The translations under genes were made by a program, and so were the position numbers. A stretch of DNA of 63,806 nt, filler included, from Hausera hauseri (taxonomy: Eukaryota), in assembly GCA_046269625.1 (NCBI GenBank). It is 11 parts of 11 records of this genome, joined end to end, with 100 filler letters (N's around TTAATTAATTAA, not from the genome) between each part and the next. Parts side by side here need not be neighbours in the genome. Positions count along the whole stretch, not along the records: positions 21,025 to 26,688 come from JBJURY010210633.1; positions 26,789 to 31,529 come from JBJURY010454134.1; positions 31,630 to 40,047 come from JBJURY010648774.1; 8 more parts are not named here. One strand, 5' to 3'. Shown here piece after piece: positions 24,328 to 37,088 of the stretch (position 1 is its first letter; each line of letters opens with the position of its first letter). The notes beneath the pieces are model-generated. The model was not told the DNA's origin, searched no databases, and saw nothing but the letters and a program-made list of their open reading frames with translations.

Positions 24328-24956
24328 CTTCTGTTTTCCAGTCGCGTCCAAAAAATTCACAGGTTGTCTACTTCCGCCAAGATGCCGACAGCACCCAAGT
24401 AACTTAAGTTTGTCAATAAACGTAATTGTGGCGACAAAAAAATTGAGGAAAACGCAAACTTCGTGTCAGTAGCCTGCCAAGATTATATCCAACGGAGGAC
24501 AAGCCCAGAAAATTGTTGAGACGAAAGAAGCCTTTCAGTCAGCACAAGAGGAATCTAAGATCTTCTATTACTCCAGGAACTGTTCTTATTCTTATGGCTG
24601 GCAGACATAAGGGAAAGCCAGTCATATTTTTAGGCAATTGTGCTCTGGCCTCCGCTTGGTGACAGGTCTTTATCATCTGAATAGGTGACCTCTAAGAAGG
24701 ATCAACCAGTGCCATGGAATTGCCACAAAGACAAAACTGGACATTAAGGACGTTAAAGTTCCAGATGGTGTTAACGATGGCTACCTCCTAGGACAGAAAC
24801 TAAGGAAACCAAAACATACAGAGGGTCACATTTTCAGCACAAAGAAGGGGGTATATACTGTGAGTGAGGAGCGCAAGGAGGATCAAGCAGCTGTGGGTCG
24901 CTAAATTCTGGATGTCATCCACAAAAACCACGAAAAAAAAACACATCTTTGGATAA
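24328..24956 (+). pseudogene. RPL6: Processed pseudogene of 60S ribosomal protein L6 (eL6), 3' truncated
   Basis: Manual translation: [49 protein letters not shown] / LVTG / PLRRINQ / IATKTKLDI / EERKEDQ. Intronless, with stops and frameshifts. TOP-like tract CTTCTGTTTTCC at 24328 and GCCAAG-ATG at 24382. Confidence 0.92.
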
Positions 24957-25138
24957 GTATGGAATTATCTCATGTGTATTTAGAAATCAATTTGTGAATT
25001 CTAACAATTCAATTATAACAGTATATGTACAGCACCTACAACACTGTTGTATATAAAATGTATAAAATATTATGACTTTTAATGTAAAAGAAGTATGCAA
25101 CTTATATTTAAAATGTAACCCGCTTCTAAAGCGGCTCC

Positions 25139-26060
25139 TTGGCAAAGATCAAGGGACCAAAGTCACGAAATTGGGATTTTTTCATAGCCAGTCGTACTTG
25201 TAAATCAGCAATGAAATTTTTCATTAGCACCAGTAGTTTGTTAAAGCGTTTAAAAAAGAGACATCCAGTAGAATGTGAAAAACTGTTTCCACTTGTGAGG
25301 GTAAAGACAACATCATCACAAGTCCCGACGACAACCGCCACTTACACCACCACTACATCTATCCAGGATACCTCTCAGCCATGGATTATAGTAACACTAG
25401 ATACACTGACGTAGTATAAAGATAATGTACCCAGGAAGTTAGTTGATGATCTCCCTTCGCCGAGCGTCAGCTCTTCTGGATGAGCTCTGACAAGGGCTGT
25501 AGTCCTAAGAAGGACTACGGAGTAGTGGCGTTGAGCTTTCCTGCTGTCCCAGTGGTGTCTAGTAGGGTGGACCGAGGACTTCCGTGCTTTATTGCAATGC
25601 TTGGCCTCCTAGAAGTGATCCATCTCTCAACTGGGGACCATGTCGATCCCCCCAACGTTGGCCAGAAGTTCTACTGCTAGACAAGGGCGTGCCGCTTACG
25701 AGACAACAAGACTGACTGAGGCACACACGGGGCAGCCAACACTGCCGAGGAACTAAAGCCACAAGGATTGAATAAAATATTAGAGAGAAAGTATGCGCCA
25801 TTGTGACTGATAACGTTGCCAATATTGTCGCAGTAGTTGAGCAGCTCGGGCTGAGACATATTCCTTCTTTTGCATACACGCTTCACCTGGAGATGACTGA
25901 AGCCGTTAGAAACGTTGAAGAAGTCAGTCATTTTCATACGTCAGTGAAATCTGCCGACAATCGTGAAGATTTTCAACAAAGGGACGGACGAGAAAGTAGA
26001 AAACTAATGCAAGATGATAAAACAAGGTTTAATTCCACCTTTGGAATGAAGATACAATAA
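25139..26060 (+). pseudogene. hAT (ZBED/Ac-like) transposase relic with decayed BED finger
   Basis: KSRNWDFF...TSSLLKRLKKRHP (BED-like); TDNVANIVAVV, HIPSFAYTLHL (degenerate CxxH) and KLMQDDKTRFNST (TRWNST). Confidence 0.8.
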
Positions 26061-26230
26061 CATGATTTTTACAAAATGGATGATTTAAGAATGTGTATAA
26101 TAATGAGGGAGACGGATGTGCGAGAGGTATTAAGAGGAGATAATACTATCATTGTTGTTACCTATTTTACTAGTAAATGCTATGGAATAAATCCAATCTT
26201 AGTTTCTATGTAGAACTTGTGGTCACTTGC

Positions 26231-26572
26231 TAACACGTTCTCACTCCTGACTCATCACATATTGACAGTTGGTCAGGTATAGTCTGCGTCCAGTTCTGAT
26301 GCATTGGATACCCCCCTCGCGTCAGTCATTGCCACCCGCGGCTTTTCCAGGTTGCGCCAACATAGGGTTGGGGGTCTATGGTTATTATGAAGGATTAAGA
26401 TTAATGGTTAATCTTAGGAAATGAGGTCAGGGATAGGCTGTATATGGCTAATAAAAGTTAAATTTAGGGTCTGATGGGGGGTCAGGGGGGTACCCGACAC
26501 ATCCAAAACTGGACGGAGACAGTACCTGACCAAGCATCTATATGTTGACGAGTCAGGAGTGAGAATGGGTTG
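26231..26572. mobile_element. MITE, 342 bp, ~90-bp imperfect TIRs, 7-bp TSD CACTTGC
   Basis: Ends TAACACGTTCTCACTCCTGACTC... and ...GAGTCAGGAGTGAGAATGGGTTG are inverted repeats. CACTTGC occurs at 26224-26230 and 26573-26579. Confidence 0.8.
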
Positions 26573-27099
26573 CACTTGCTTTTCACATATTTAAAATAAA
26601 TCTTTATGGCCACAGTACAAACAGAAAAGGCAGGGAGGAGACCTTAGACCAGATCCAGCAGGAACCATGATGATGAGTCTTCTCAAGTNNNNNNNNNNNN
26701 NNNNNNNNNNNNNNNNNNNNNNNNNNNNNNNNTTAATTAATTAANNNNNNNNNNNNNNNNNNNNNNNNNNNNNNNNNNNNNNNNNNNNGACGAGATCATT
26801 TCTACTAACTCTCATGTTTCGATAAAACAAAATACAGGTAACTCTCTGCAACTTTGACCTTTTCACAGGTGTAATTTAACTTCTTCTGCATCAAATATAT
26901 AATCTGAAATAACCATAATTCTTATGTGTTTTACATCATGACATATATTTGTGTTTGTGGTGTATCTTGTTCACTGGCGAGCGTCCATTCGTCTTCCTTT
27001 TTGCACTGGTTAATCGAAAGTCATTTTACTAATACGGGGAATCTATATCTCTAGAGGTTCAATCTGACTTGCATAAAACGTCACAGAAAGGATAGAAAT

Positions 27100-27830
27100 T
27101 CTTTATGTTCTTTTGATAATGAAAATCGTACCGGTAGACCCAAATGTTCTTGTATTGAAGCCAGTGTCCAAATTATAAATGAATTAATTGACAAGGATGG
27201 CCACATGTCTGTGGAACAGCTTTTAGAATGCACGAAAATTAGTTGCACAACGGTGTTTCGCATTTTGAACGACGATCTTGACCTGAAATCTGTACTGGCA
27301 CGGTGGATTCCTCATTACATTAATGATGCACAGAAGAGAAATAGAGTAACAGAATCAAGGAATATCCTGGAATATTTTAAAGTTCATCGTAGATCGATTA
27401 GGAAGAATTTTGTGATAGATCAGAAGTGGATGTACCACAGGAATATTGGCACCAGAAACAGCAAAAGTGCCTGGATAGCTGAAAGAGACAGTAAACCATC
27501 TGTTTCACGAAGGTTCACATAAGACAAAAAAACAATAATCATTGTGGTGATTAGTTTTGAAGGTAAATTTTGTGTTCAATGCTTAAGTGATGGCAAAAGT
27601 GTTGATGATGACGTGTAACGACACATCACAATTTCTCTCGGAAGAAGGATCCTCTCGTTTAAGCTGATATGGTGATCTTGCATGATAATGCAACACCACA
27701 CATGAAAGCTACAGTTACAGATTTCCTACAGGAACATGGTGTGATATTATTGAAACAGCCGGCCTATAGCCCTGATTTCTATTTATGAGACCGATGGGTT
27801 TTCAGTAGATTGGAAAACTCCTCATTCAAA
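27100..27830 (+). pseudogene. Mariner (DD34D-type) transposase relic
   Basis: RTGRP, ARWIPHY (WVPHEL), IDQKW (DEKW), LHDNATPH and PAYSPDF. Confidence 0.88.
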
Positions 27831-29699
27831 ACATCATTAAAGAAAAAAATTAGCAAGTTCGGCTGATAAATTACTTTCAAGTGGGTTCAGATGAACTTTA
27901 ACTCCGTTATTATGGCAATAAGAACAGCTTTGATAGAAATCTCAAAAAAGTTCATAAATTTTCACATTATGTTTTCACGATAAAAACATAAAAATTACGA
28001 AGTTTTTGTAACTATACAGAAAAATTTTTTGTACCTGTTTCATGTGTAAAAAGTTTCATCTGAAAAACTTTCAATGTTTTTGAAAATCAAAAATTTTCAT
28101 TTTTGCGAAACACCTCAACATATATATTAGGGTGGTTCAAAATAATATGTTATTCCATTCCGTTTGAGGCAAATCGCGGTTCAGTGTCATTCGCTATGAA
28201 TTACTTATGTAGGGAATTTTAGCAGTCTACATTAAAGTTTACGGGACCTCTTAACTACTTTATCCTTAATATAGGAAAACTGAAATGAACTCCTTTAAAA
28301 GTTGGATATAATTATTTATCACTGCGCAGTTAGGCGTATTACAGAGAAGAAAGTGTACAGAAACAGAAACATTTACAGGACTATTGTCAGAATTAGAGAT
28401 AATATTATAATAAGAGATAATATATAAATATTAACTAGCGACTGGTCCAACGTCCATAAATTTAAATGAAAATTGATTTTTAAATTGAAGGCATATCTTT
28501 GGTGTGCTTTTCAATCACCTTCAGATGATACTGTTTCTGTGATTCGTCCTTAGTTAGAGAACTGTTAAACTCAGTCGAAGGAGCAATTATCCGTTCTGCA
28601 GTATCATTAACGACCTTCATGTCCTGTACAGCATCCCTAAACTCCTGATAAGTTGCATCATCCTCCCATGTTGTTGGTGGTGTTGTGAGAAAGGTTAACG
28701 ATCTTTGTTTTCCAACGGAAAGAATGCTGTCAAAGGAACTTCTTATTCGCTTGGTAACATAGTCAGAAATGCATGTTGCGGTGAAAACATTCTTGTCAAG
28801 CCTTTTAGTTTCTTGCCATCTTTATACTCTGGAAGGTCCAAGTTCTTGACCGTCTGTAGCTTTTCCTGTGGGCAGATGCGACTGTCAAAGAATTCCAATG
28901 CTACCAGCTCTTGTGACAGATACTATAGATGTCTTTTATAGGCATTGAGAGCCGCAGACATCAGTGCTGGATCAGGTAGACCCATTTGCAGCTCCTTTAT
29001 GAAGTCTAGACCGTTTTTTTGGAGCATGAGAAGCAATTGGTGCCTCATTCCAGTAAAAACAATACAGGAGATAAACGAAGAGACTGAGGTCTGTTACAAC
29101 TTTCAGTTCATTTTGGGACAGCTGTATCTGATTTCGGAAAACGAAGATATTAAGAGCATAGATAGCCTTTGCCATCCACCTGGCCTGATTGAATGAGCCG
29201 GGCGATCTGATATGCAATCCTCCTTCTGGCTGTGCTCCTAAAAATGCATAGGAAAAGACTAGCAGATCTTCTTAACCACCACGTGTATGGTGAGATGATT
29301 CGGTTGCTGACTTGAAGTACGCCACTGCTTTTTGTTTCAGCTGCACAAGGTTCCCTGTCTCTGAGAATCTTTCTGATAAAACAGGATCATCAAGTGAGGA
29401 ACACCAGTCATTATAATCAATAGAATGTCATCTTTCCTCGAACTTAATGAAGAATAGTACGTTCGGATTTGAAAGATTCGTTTTTACTTCGAATATATTC
29501 TAAAGTACCTGAATCTTCGAAATTCATGGTTTCAAAAAGAAAAAAGCTGCCATAATTTTATATTTCATTTGAAATTTTACAATAATCGTAAATACGAATA
29601 TTTAGACAACACATTTTTCAAAAAACGTTATATATAGTTATATATAGTTATTTTTTGGGTGGGCCAATGTGGGTACCACATCACTCCCCGCTGACAAAA

Positions 29700-31151
29700 C
29701 TAGGTTGCCGGGGGGACCCATCGAGGGTCATGTGGGTTCCAGCACGCCGGTGGTATTCGATCGCCGAGTATTTCATGTTTTGTATGGCCCTCAACGAGAC
29801 TGGAACAACTCCCCAGCAGCTGCTTTGTTGGTTTTATCATTTGAAACGCAATACCGTTGGAACGATTTTTGAATTTTGCTTTGCGATATTTGAATTCGGG
29901 GTCTCTCTGATTGTTTGGTTCGAAATAAATTGTAGTTGGAAATGTAGAAAAAGAACTCTCGCTGAACTTTGAAAGAGTTGGTGAGAATGTGCGATAAGAA
30001 CTGTACATACAATCGTCGGTTTTTAACATTTTGTTCGGTGGTTGATTGAATGGTAAATTGTTAGTATCACAGTCAGATTTTCGAGGACGTTTGTGAAATT
30101 TATGAAAAGGTAAATCGTTTAAGCTATGGTATTTGTGAAAGAAATTTGTTTGACTAAGTTCGTTATTATTATGATTATTTTATTGTTTTTTCGATACATG
30201 ACGATTTGGATTTCTTGAAACAATTCAAATCAACAGTGGCAGCACCGCAATCGTTATCGAATATTTTATATGGATCGACCGCTTTGTTGAAGCATATATG
30301 AATATGTTTATTAGTCAATGATGCTAATTGTTTATTCGGTGAATCGATTAACAAGGTTCTTTCGACCACTGTATACACTTTTCATTATCGCCACCATCAG
30401 ACTGTTTCACGTTCGGCCCAAGGTTATCGGCGACCAATATATCTTGACCCACCTGACTGTCGGACGTTTCGTTAGATTTAACCGTATCTGAATTTTGAAC
30501 GTACATATGGGTCTGTTGACAAGTTTCACCGACATTAAGACCTTTAATTTTATATTCCATTGATTTGCCCATAATTTCAATTTGAATGTTGTCGCCAATG
30601 TTACATAATTGTTCAAAAATATACTCACCTGATGGATCAGAAATAGTAAAAAAGTATTCATCTTCCGGTGGATATTTATTAATAACGTACAAATCACTTG
30701 GAATGTCATAATCGCCACTTTTTGTGTTGGAAGAAAGACCGAGATTTGGTGATTCGGCATTATGATTTTCGCTGTCAAACGTGTCGTTTTGTAGCAGTAA
30801 AGTTAATTCACTATTATATATAGTTGATGTTTCATCTCGAGATCGTAATAATTTAACGTACGACGAGATAATTTCCCGGTCAACCATCGGGTCTGTTATA
30901 TGCAAAAGGAAATTTTGTGCCTGGATGTACCGATCATTTGCATTGAAAATTTCGGCAACTCCATTAAGTCTCCCCAGAAAGTGTATCGGTAGAAGTGCGA
31001 AAAAAGATAAAGTTCTGTCTGTAGGAGTAATGAATTGACTGTAAGTCCATGTTTCATGTATTATTATCCATGGTAATGCGCTGCCGTTGTTGACAAAGAA
31101 CGGCGTGTGTGGAAAATGATGGTGGGTTCCAGAAACGACGGCTTCTGGCAT
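29700..31151 (-). pseudogene. Gag-N-terminal-domain paralogue fused to a beta-rich and a Ser/Lys-rich unknown region (frameshifted)
   Basis: PFFVNN..PWIIIHETWTYSQFIT...IFNANDRYIQ..ITDP aligns with the contig 2 gag EYFTDN..*LQFHQLWLQSCDIT...IFQQADPYTQ..LTEP. Spans ORFs 30348..31214, 30175..30378 and 29700..30029. Confidence 0.65.
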
Positions 31152-31167
31152 CCTACTTCTGACATCA
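31150..31167 (-). promoter_or_regulatory. Primer-binding site complementary to the tRNA-Leu 3' end
   Basis: TGATGTCAGAAGTAGGAT, 1 nt after the LTR CA; two mismatches to TGGTGTCAGAAGTGGGAT. Confidence 0.75.
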
Positions 31168-31806
31168 ATGAAAGATTCGTTTTTACTTCGAAATTTTACA
31201 ATAATCGTAAACACGAATATTTAAAAAACACATTTTTCAAAAAAATGTTATACATAGTTATATATAGTTATTTTTTGGGTGGGCCTATATGGGCACCACA
31301 GGACCTTTCGAGGGACCATATACAGACTTGGATACATCTGAAAGGATGATTTCTTGCATATGATGCCTTCAAGCAATCCACAAGAGATCCCTGCCCAAAC
31401 TCTGCTAAATTTTGACACAGACATTTTGAGAAAAACATGTATTGGATGCTGTTGTGTCGAACACTAGCCCCATTACCTGATCTTCTATTCTCCATTCCCT
31501 GAGTGCTGTACAACAGGCTCCTGATTAATNNNNNNNNNNNNNNNNNNNNNNNNNNNNNNNNNNNNNNNNNNNNTTAATTAATTAANNNNNNNNNNNNNNN
31601 NNNNNNNNNNNNNNNNNNNNNNNNNNNNNATCGAGTTGCAGTCTTATAGGCAACGGTTTTTTACTGTGAGATAAATATCATTGTTGGTGACACAGACGGT
31701 TTTTTTCTTGAGTGTCATATAGTTGATTTGCGACCACAGCTATTGCCAGCAATGATAGCTAATGAACAGTTGGACACGTATAATTACAATCATAAGTTAT
31801 GGAAAA

Positions 31807-32683
31807 ATGGGAAGTCTGCCTCATCCCGGGGGGGATGTGCGCATCGATAAATCGATAATGCACATGGGCTAATCGATAGTGCACACTGCACTATCGATCG
31901 GTAGTGTGCTAGGCGACTGTACCGCTAGGCACTGTTACTATGCACATTTTTGCACATTTGACAAATCTATCGCTGCACAGTGCAATAATGATCGAATCGA
32001 TCGGGACAAAGTTCTAATCGATAGTACACAGTGCACGTCGATTAGTGCACAGTGCAAGTGTGCAGCACATGTGCAAGTATGCAAAAATCAATAATATCCG
32101 ATTTCCGATAATTCCAATATTGACGATTATGGCACGGCACCGGGTGCAATTGAAAGCACACACGATGGACTGTGAAAATGTGCAGTTAGAATTTATATAT
32201 GTTGATTGGTTTTCGAATAATTGTCAACTGATGCAGACTTCCCATAGGCCTTTCCGTTATAAAATGAAAATCAATAATATTAATATGGTTCATACTGGCG
32301 GGTGCAGTACTTGATATACTATCGTTCAGTGAAATACTCGAGTCAGGTGTCCACTTGGATACGGTTGCTAAGGCACCTTTTCACTTTTTACATATTTGTC
32401 ACTGCAGCGTCGGATTGATGGAATCAATTGGGTCAAGTGCAGGTAAATAGAGCACATCGAGATGCACCTTGATATATACTGCGCAGTGCAAAAACACGTG
32501 TGCAAGTGTGCAAAAATCAAAAATATCGGTTTTCCGATATTTCCAATACTGATGATTAGGACGTGACAGGGTGCATTCGAACACAAACATTGTGCAGTTT
32601 ATGAATGTGCGGTTAGAATTTAAATTTATCGAGCCGATTTCGATTAATATCGATCCAAAATGCAACTGAGGCAGACTTCCCAT
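31807..32683. repeat. Non-coding element bounded by a perfect 17-bp inverted repeat, with a duplicated right arm
   Basis: ATGGGAAGTCTGCCTCA (31807) is inverted at 32667-32683 and, with one mismatch, at 32229-32245. ~32050-32250 resembles ~32480-32690. Many ATCGAT and TGCA palindromes. Confidence 0.7.
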
Positions 32684-33419
32684 AGGTTTGTTAGGTGATA
32701 AGGAGTCAAAATACGATAGTATAATTAGCGGGGCAGATAGGAAGTCGAATATGGCGATCTCAAATCTCAAGTCAGATATTCGAAATTCGAATATTTTCGA
32801 GCTCGAATATCAAAGTTCAAACTACTCGAAAAATCTAACAGCGTCAATCGATTCCTCATATATGAAAACCCCCCTTTACATAAAAATTATTCCATGAAAA
32901 TGTACTATATAGATATAAAATCAATATATCGAATTAAGCAAAATCTGAATTTAAAGCTCAGTGAAGCGGAAATCGATAAATGTAATAGCGGGGCAGGATA
33001 GCAAGTCATATATGTTGAACTGGTATATGGTGTTATATATTCTAATTGGAGCTTCCAAGTCGAATATTTAGCAATTCGAACTCGAATATTCGGTCAAGCA
33101 TGCAATATTTGAGGAATCTAATGAGGCCATTCGAATCCCCATGGTCTAGAACCTTATATTTGGCGCCACCATGTATTTAATTTAGTTGATGCATTAAAAC
33201 AAAAGTGAATTAAACCGATCAATAAACGGGGCAGTACATGGTGATATAACTATATTTTTGATTATTTCCAAAATCACTTCAACGAATGGTGAGTTTTTTA
33301 ATTGTGCTCCTCAAATAGTTGGTTGATTTTTAGATGTGCAAGCTATACAGGGAATGCTTGGTTCAAATCCATGAGCCTGAAAATTATTAAGAAATACTTC
33401 AGCCATCTATACAACAGGG

Positions 33420-36400
33420 CTGAGTATTATGTGCCGTATATGTGAGGTAGTGTGCCAAACCAATTATGTAGACTTTACAGTGTCCATAAACAGCGCTTGA
33501 TTTCCTTCATCAAGTGGGAAAACCATATTCAGTACAAATATACCAATAACGACTTTCGTGTCAAAGGAAAATCAAAAATGCAGTTTGTGTATTGCACATG
33601 TGGAATACACAACCCTCAGAATTGCCACAATACCATGAGGAGCTACTATGGACACAAATTTAATATGATCATCTATTATATCTGCCCAGGATTTGAGGTC
33701 GTATGTGATGGAGAATACATACAGTTTTATGAAGATTACAAACATCATTTGACTGACTTCGCATCAAAGTTAAAGAAGATCATCTTTAATGAACATGAGC
33801 CAGTTGCAGCACAGCTTGTAGTACAGCCAGATGCAAGACTAAAATGCGCATCAGGCGTAGCAGCTCCTTCAAAGAGTCAAAGACAGCGGCCAGTTGATGC
33901 AACGGCATTAAAGAGGAAATGCCGCAAATGTCATTGATGCAGCTGGTCAAACAACCATTAAGGAGTTCTTGGAGTACACAGAGGAATAAACAGAGGGAAC
34001 TCTGCAGGACAGCATAACTGAGCTCAAGGCCACATACGTTAATGTTGATGGCGAAGAGTCCAAAAGGGCTTTAAAGACCAGAAATAGACCCATTTTTGAA
34101 GCACCAATATAGCAGAATGGCTGCATGAAGAGCATGCAAAGCTGGTCCGTGAAGCCGATGAGAGCCGCAGTAAGAAGAGCGGATGGACTCTGGCAACCAT
34201 CAAGAGATTGCTTGTGTATGTGCACAGATTCTCCCGCATGCGGGGTAGTTCATATATTCAACTCCTTGATTGGATTACTAATAAAAAAGCATGTGTCAAT
34301 TTCAATAATAATGACAACATGTGTTTAATGTATGCCATTCTATCAAAACTCGTGCCTGATCAACATAATGCTTCACGAGTTTGGCAATATAAGTATATGC
34401 AGCACAACTATGACTTCCAATGTATCAAGTTCCCTCCATCTTTAGATGAAATGAAGAAATTCAGTCAAATCAACAATATATCCATCAATATCATTGGATT
34501 GGATGATGAGGACAAATTTTATCCCCGACAGATATATGATAATGAATTGGACGATCATAGGGATCTGCTCCTACTAGATGATGGAGAAAAGAAACATTAT
34601 GTTTGGGTAAAGAACTTTAAGTGTCTAGTCGGATCCCAAATTTCGAATCATCATGGACAAATAGAAATATGTAAGCGATTCTGTCCCATTTCAGTGGTGA
34701 TTCAACAGTTGACAAGCTTGCAGAGCACAAGATGTACTATAGCAACAATTACTGTGTAAGGCAAGAATTTCCCGAGGAGGACTATATTGAATTCAAGGAG
34801 TTCGAGAAGAAGACTAAGGTCCCAATAGTTATCTATTGCGACTTTGAAGCTATTCTCCGGTCACTTCACAGGTGCACTCCCAGTCCTCAAGATAGCAGCA
34901 CAACGGCATACCAATATTATGAACTCTCATCATATTGTATGTATGCTAAATGACTGTACAGTGAACCATGTCTATTCAGAGGTCCAGGTGCAGCAGCACA
35001 TTTCATGAAACGACTTGAAGACATGGCTCATAAGCTTGAAAACATGTTTCTGCAGCATAAGGATAATACGAGCATGTCGTGGAAACAAGAAGAATGGCGC
35101 AAGGCAACAGAATGTTACTTGTGCTCAAAATCATTCACAAAGGATAATCATAAAGTCAAGGACCATTGCCATTTTACAGGTGCATATCGGAGCGCAGCAT
35201 GCAACAACTGCAATCTTCGCTGCAAAACATTCACATATGTGCCTGTAGTGTTCCATAATCTTAGTGGCTACGATTCCCATTTCATAGTCTAAGAATTAGG
35301 CAACATTGAAGGAAACATTGATGCGATCCCAAACAGTGAGGAGAAATACATCACATTTACGTAGAATGTTGGGAAAATCCGACTTCGATTCATAGACAGC
35401 TTTCTATTTATGTTGTCTTCACTGAACAGTTTAGTGGAGAACCTCCCTGCATAAGAAGTCAATGAGACGAAGTGATACTTCCCCACTACATTTGATCTGA
35501 TTAAAAGGAAAGGCGTGTTTTCCTATGACTACATAACGTCATGGGAAACACTGGATGTGACGTCATTGTTGGTCAAGAAGGACTTTTACAATATCCTCTC
35601 TGATTGCGATATCAGTGGTGCTGACTACCAGCATGCTCAAAATGTCTGGAATGCATTCCAATGCTGAACATTAGGGGAATACAGTGATATTTCCCTCAAG
35701 ACGGACGTGGTGCTTCTGACAGATGACTTTGAAAGCTTCAGGCATGTTACAATGAAGAGCCATGCATTTGATCCGGCTCATTTTTTTACGACTCCAGGAA
35801 TGAGCTGGGCAGCAAAGCGGAGGCATACTGGTATTAGGCTGCAGATCATTAAGGATTATGATATGATCCTTATGATCGAGAGAGGCATTAGAGGCGGAAT
35901 ATGCCAGGCCATTCACCGGTGTAGTGAGGCCAATAACGAGTATATGGCCCAGTATGATCGATCCAATGAACCCTCATATATATCATACCTGGATGCCATA
36001 AACTTGCATGGATGGGAAATGAATGCCCCATTGCCATATGATAACTTCAAATGGGTCGAGAATCTTGGAAACATCCCTATGTTGGACCTAGATCACACTG
36101 GAGATACGGGATACATTCTGGAGGTAGATATGGAATATCCGGTTTCCGTCCACGCAAGGCATCAATAGCTGCCTTTTTTCCCTGAGAGCAGGCCTCTGCC
36201 CCATGGAGAGCAGAGAAAGCTGCTCTGCCATCTGGGTAATAGGGATAGGTATGTAGTCCACTACATCAATCACCATCAGGCAGTTAGACATGGACTTCGT
36301 ATTACCAAGATCCATAGAGCCCAGCTGTTCAACCAGTCCATGTGGCTGCAGTCATACATAGATCTCAATTCGAAGTTGCGGACTAATGCCAAGAACGACT

Positions 36401-37088
36401 TTGAGAAGGACCAGTTCAAGCTTTACAACAACTCGGTCTTTGGCAAGACGATGGAGAATATCCGCAACAGGATCAACATTGAGCTAGTATGTGACTGGAA
36501 GCGGGCAAAGCAGCTCATTGCCAAGCCTGATTTCCACAGCAGCATCATATATACTGAGAACTTGGTAGGCATCCATATGCTGAAAATAGCATTGATATTC
36601 AACAAGCCCATATATGTGGGTATGGCAATCCTCGACCTGTCAAATACCCTGATGTATCATTTACACTACGACATCATGGTCTCCAAGTTCAAGTCCATAC
36701 AGCTGATGTACTTGGATACTGATAGTTTCATCTATCAGATCCATACAGAGCATATTTATTAGGACTTTGCCCAATTGGCTCAACACATGGATACCTTGGA
36801 CTATACAAAGGAACATCCCAACTATTCAATTGCAAATAAGAAAGTCCTTGAGAAATTCAAAGACCAGATGAATGGAGCAATCATCTCAAGATTTGTAGCT
36901 CTCATATCTAAAATGTATGCTCTAGACATATGTGACCAGATCAAAAAGAGAGCCAAGGGCGTTTAAAGGGCTACCTTAGTCAAGACGATCAGTTTTCAGG
37001 ACTATGTGCCAGTTCTGCAGGAACAGACTCACATCATTTCAGAAATGAGAAGGATCCCATCTAGGGATTATAACATCCAAACAGTAAC
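33420..37088 (+). pseudogene. polB: Polinton/Maverick protein-primed family B DNA polymerase with endonuclease VII-like insert, degenerate
   Basis: GSSYIQL..KKACVN, IYCDFEA (ExoI), KDHCHFTGAYRSAACNNCNL, FHNLSGYDSHF (ExoII), RGIRGG, YLDAINLHG (motif A), KLYNNSVFGK (B), YLDTDS (C), KAKGV-like KRAKGV. Confidence 0.93.

Larger units (their letters stand above)
29470..31300 (-). mobile_element. Complete non-autonomous LTR element: 5' LTR 31169-31300, PBS, ORF, PPT 29681-29692, 3' LTR 29470-29680
   Basis: Direct repeats read TGTGGT...TCTTTCA. Degenerate 5-bp TSD (GGATT at 29465 / GGACC at 31301). Removing the element restores the hATm frame GPSKGPNVLFF. Confidence 0.85.
28128..31529 (-). mobile_element. 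hATm-like DNA transposon relic, interrupted by the LTR element at 29470..31300
   Basis: VFDTTASNT and LLWIA*RHH (31301-31475); ARWMAKAIY, HL*YLSQELVAL and KVVNDTAER (28490-29200); TAGGGTGG terminus at 28128. Confidence 0.75.
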
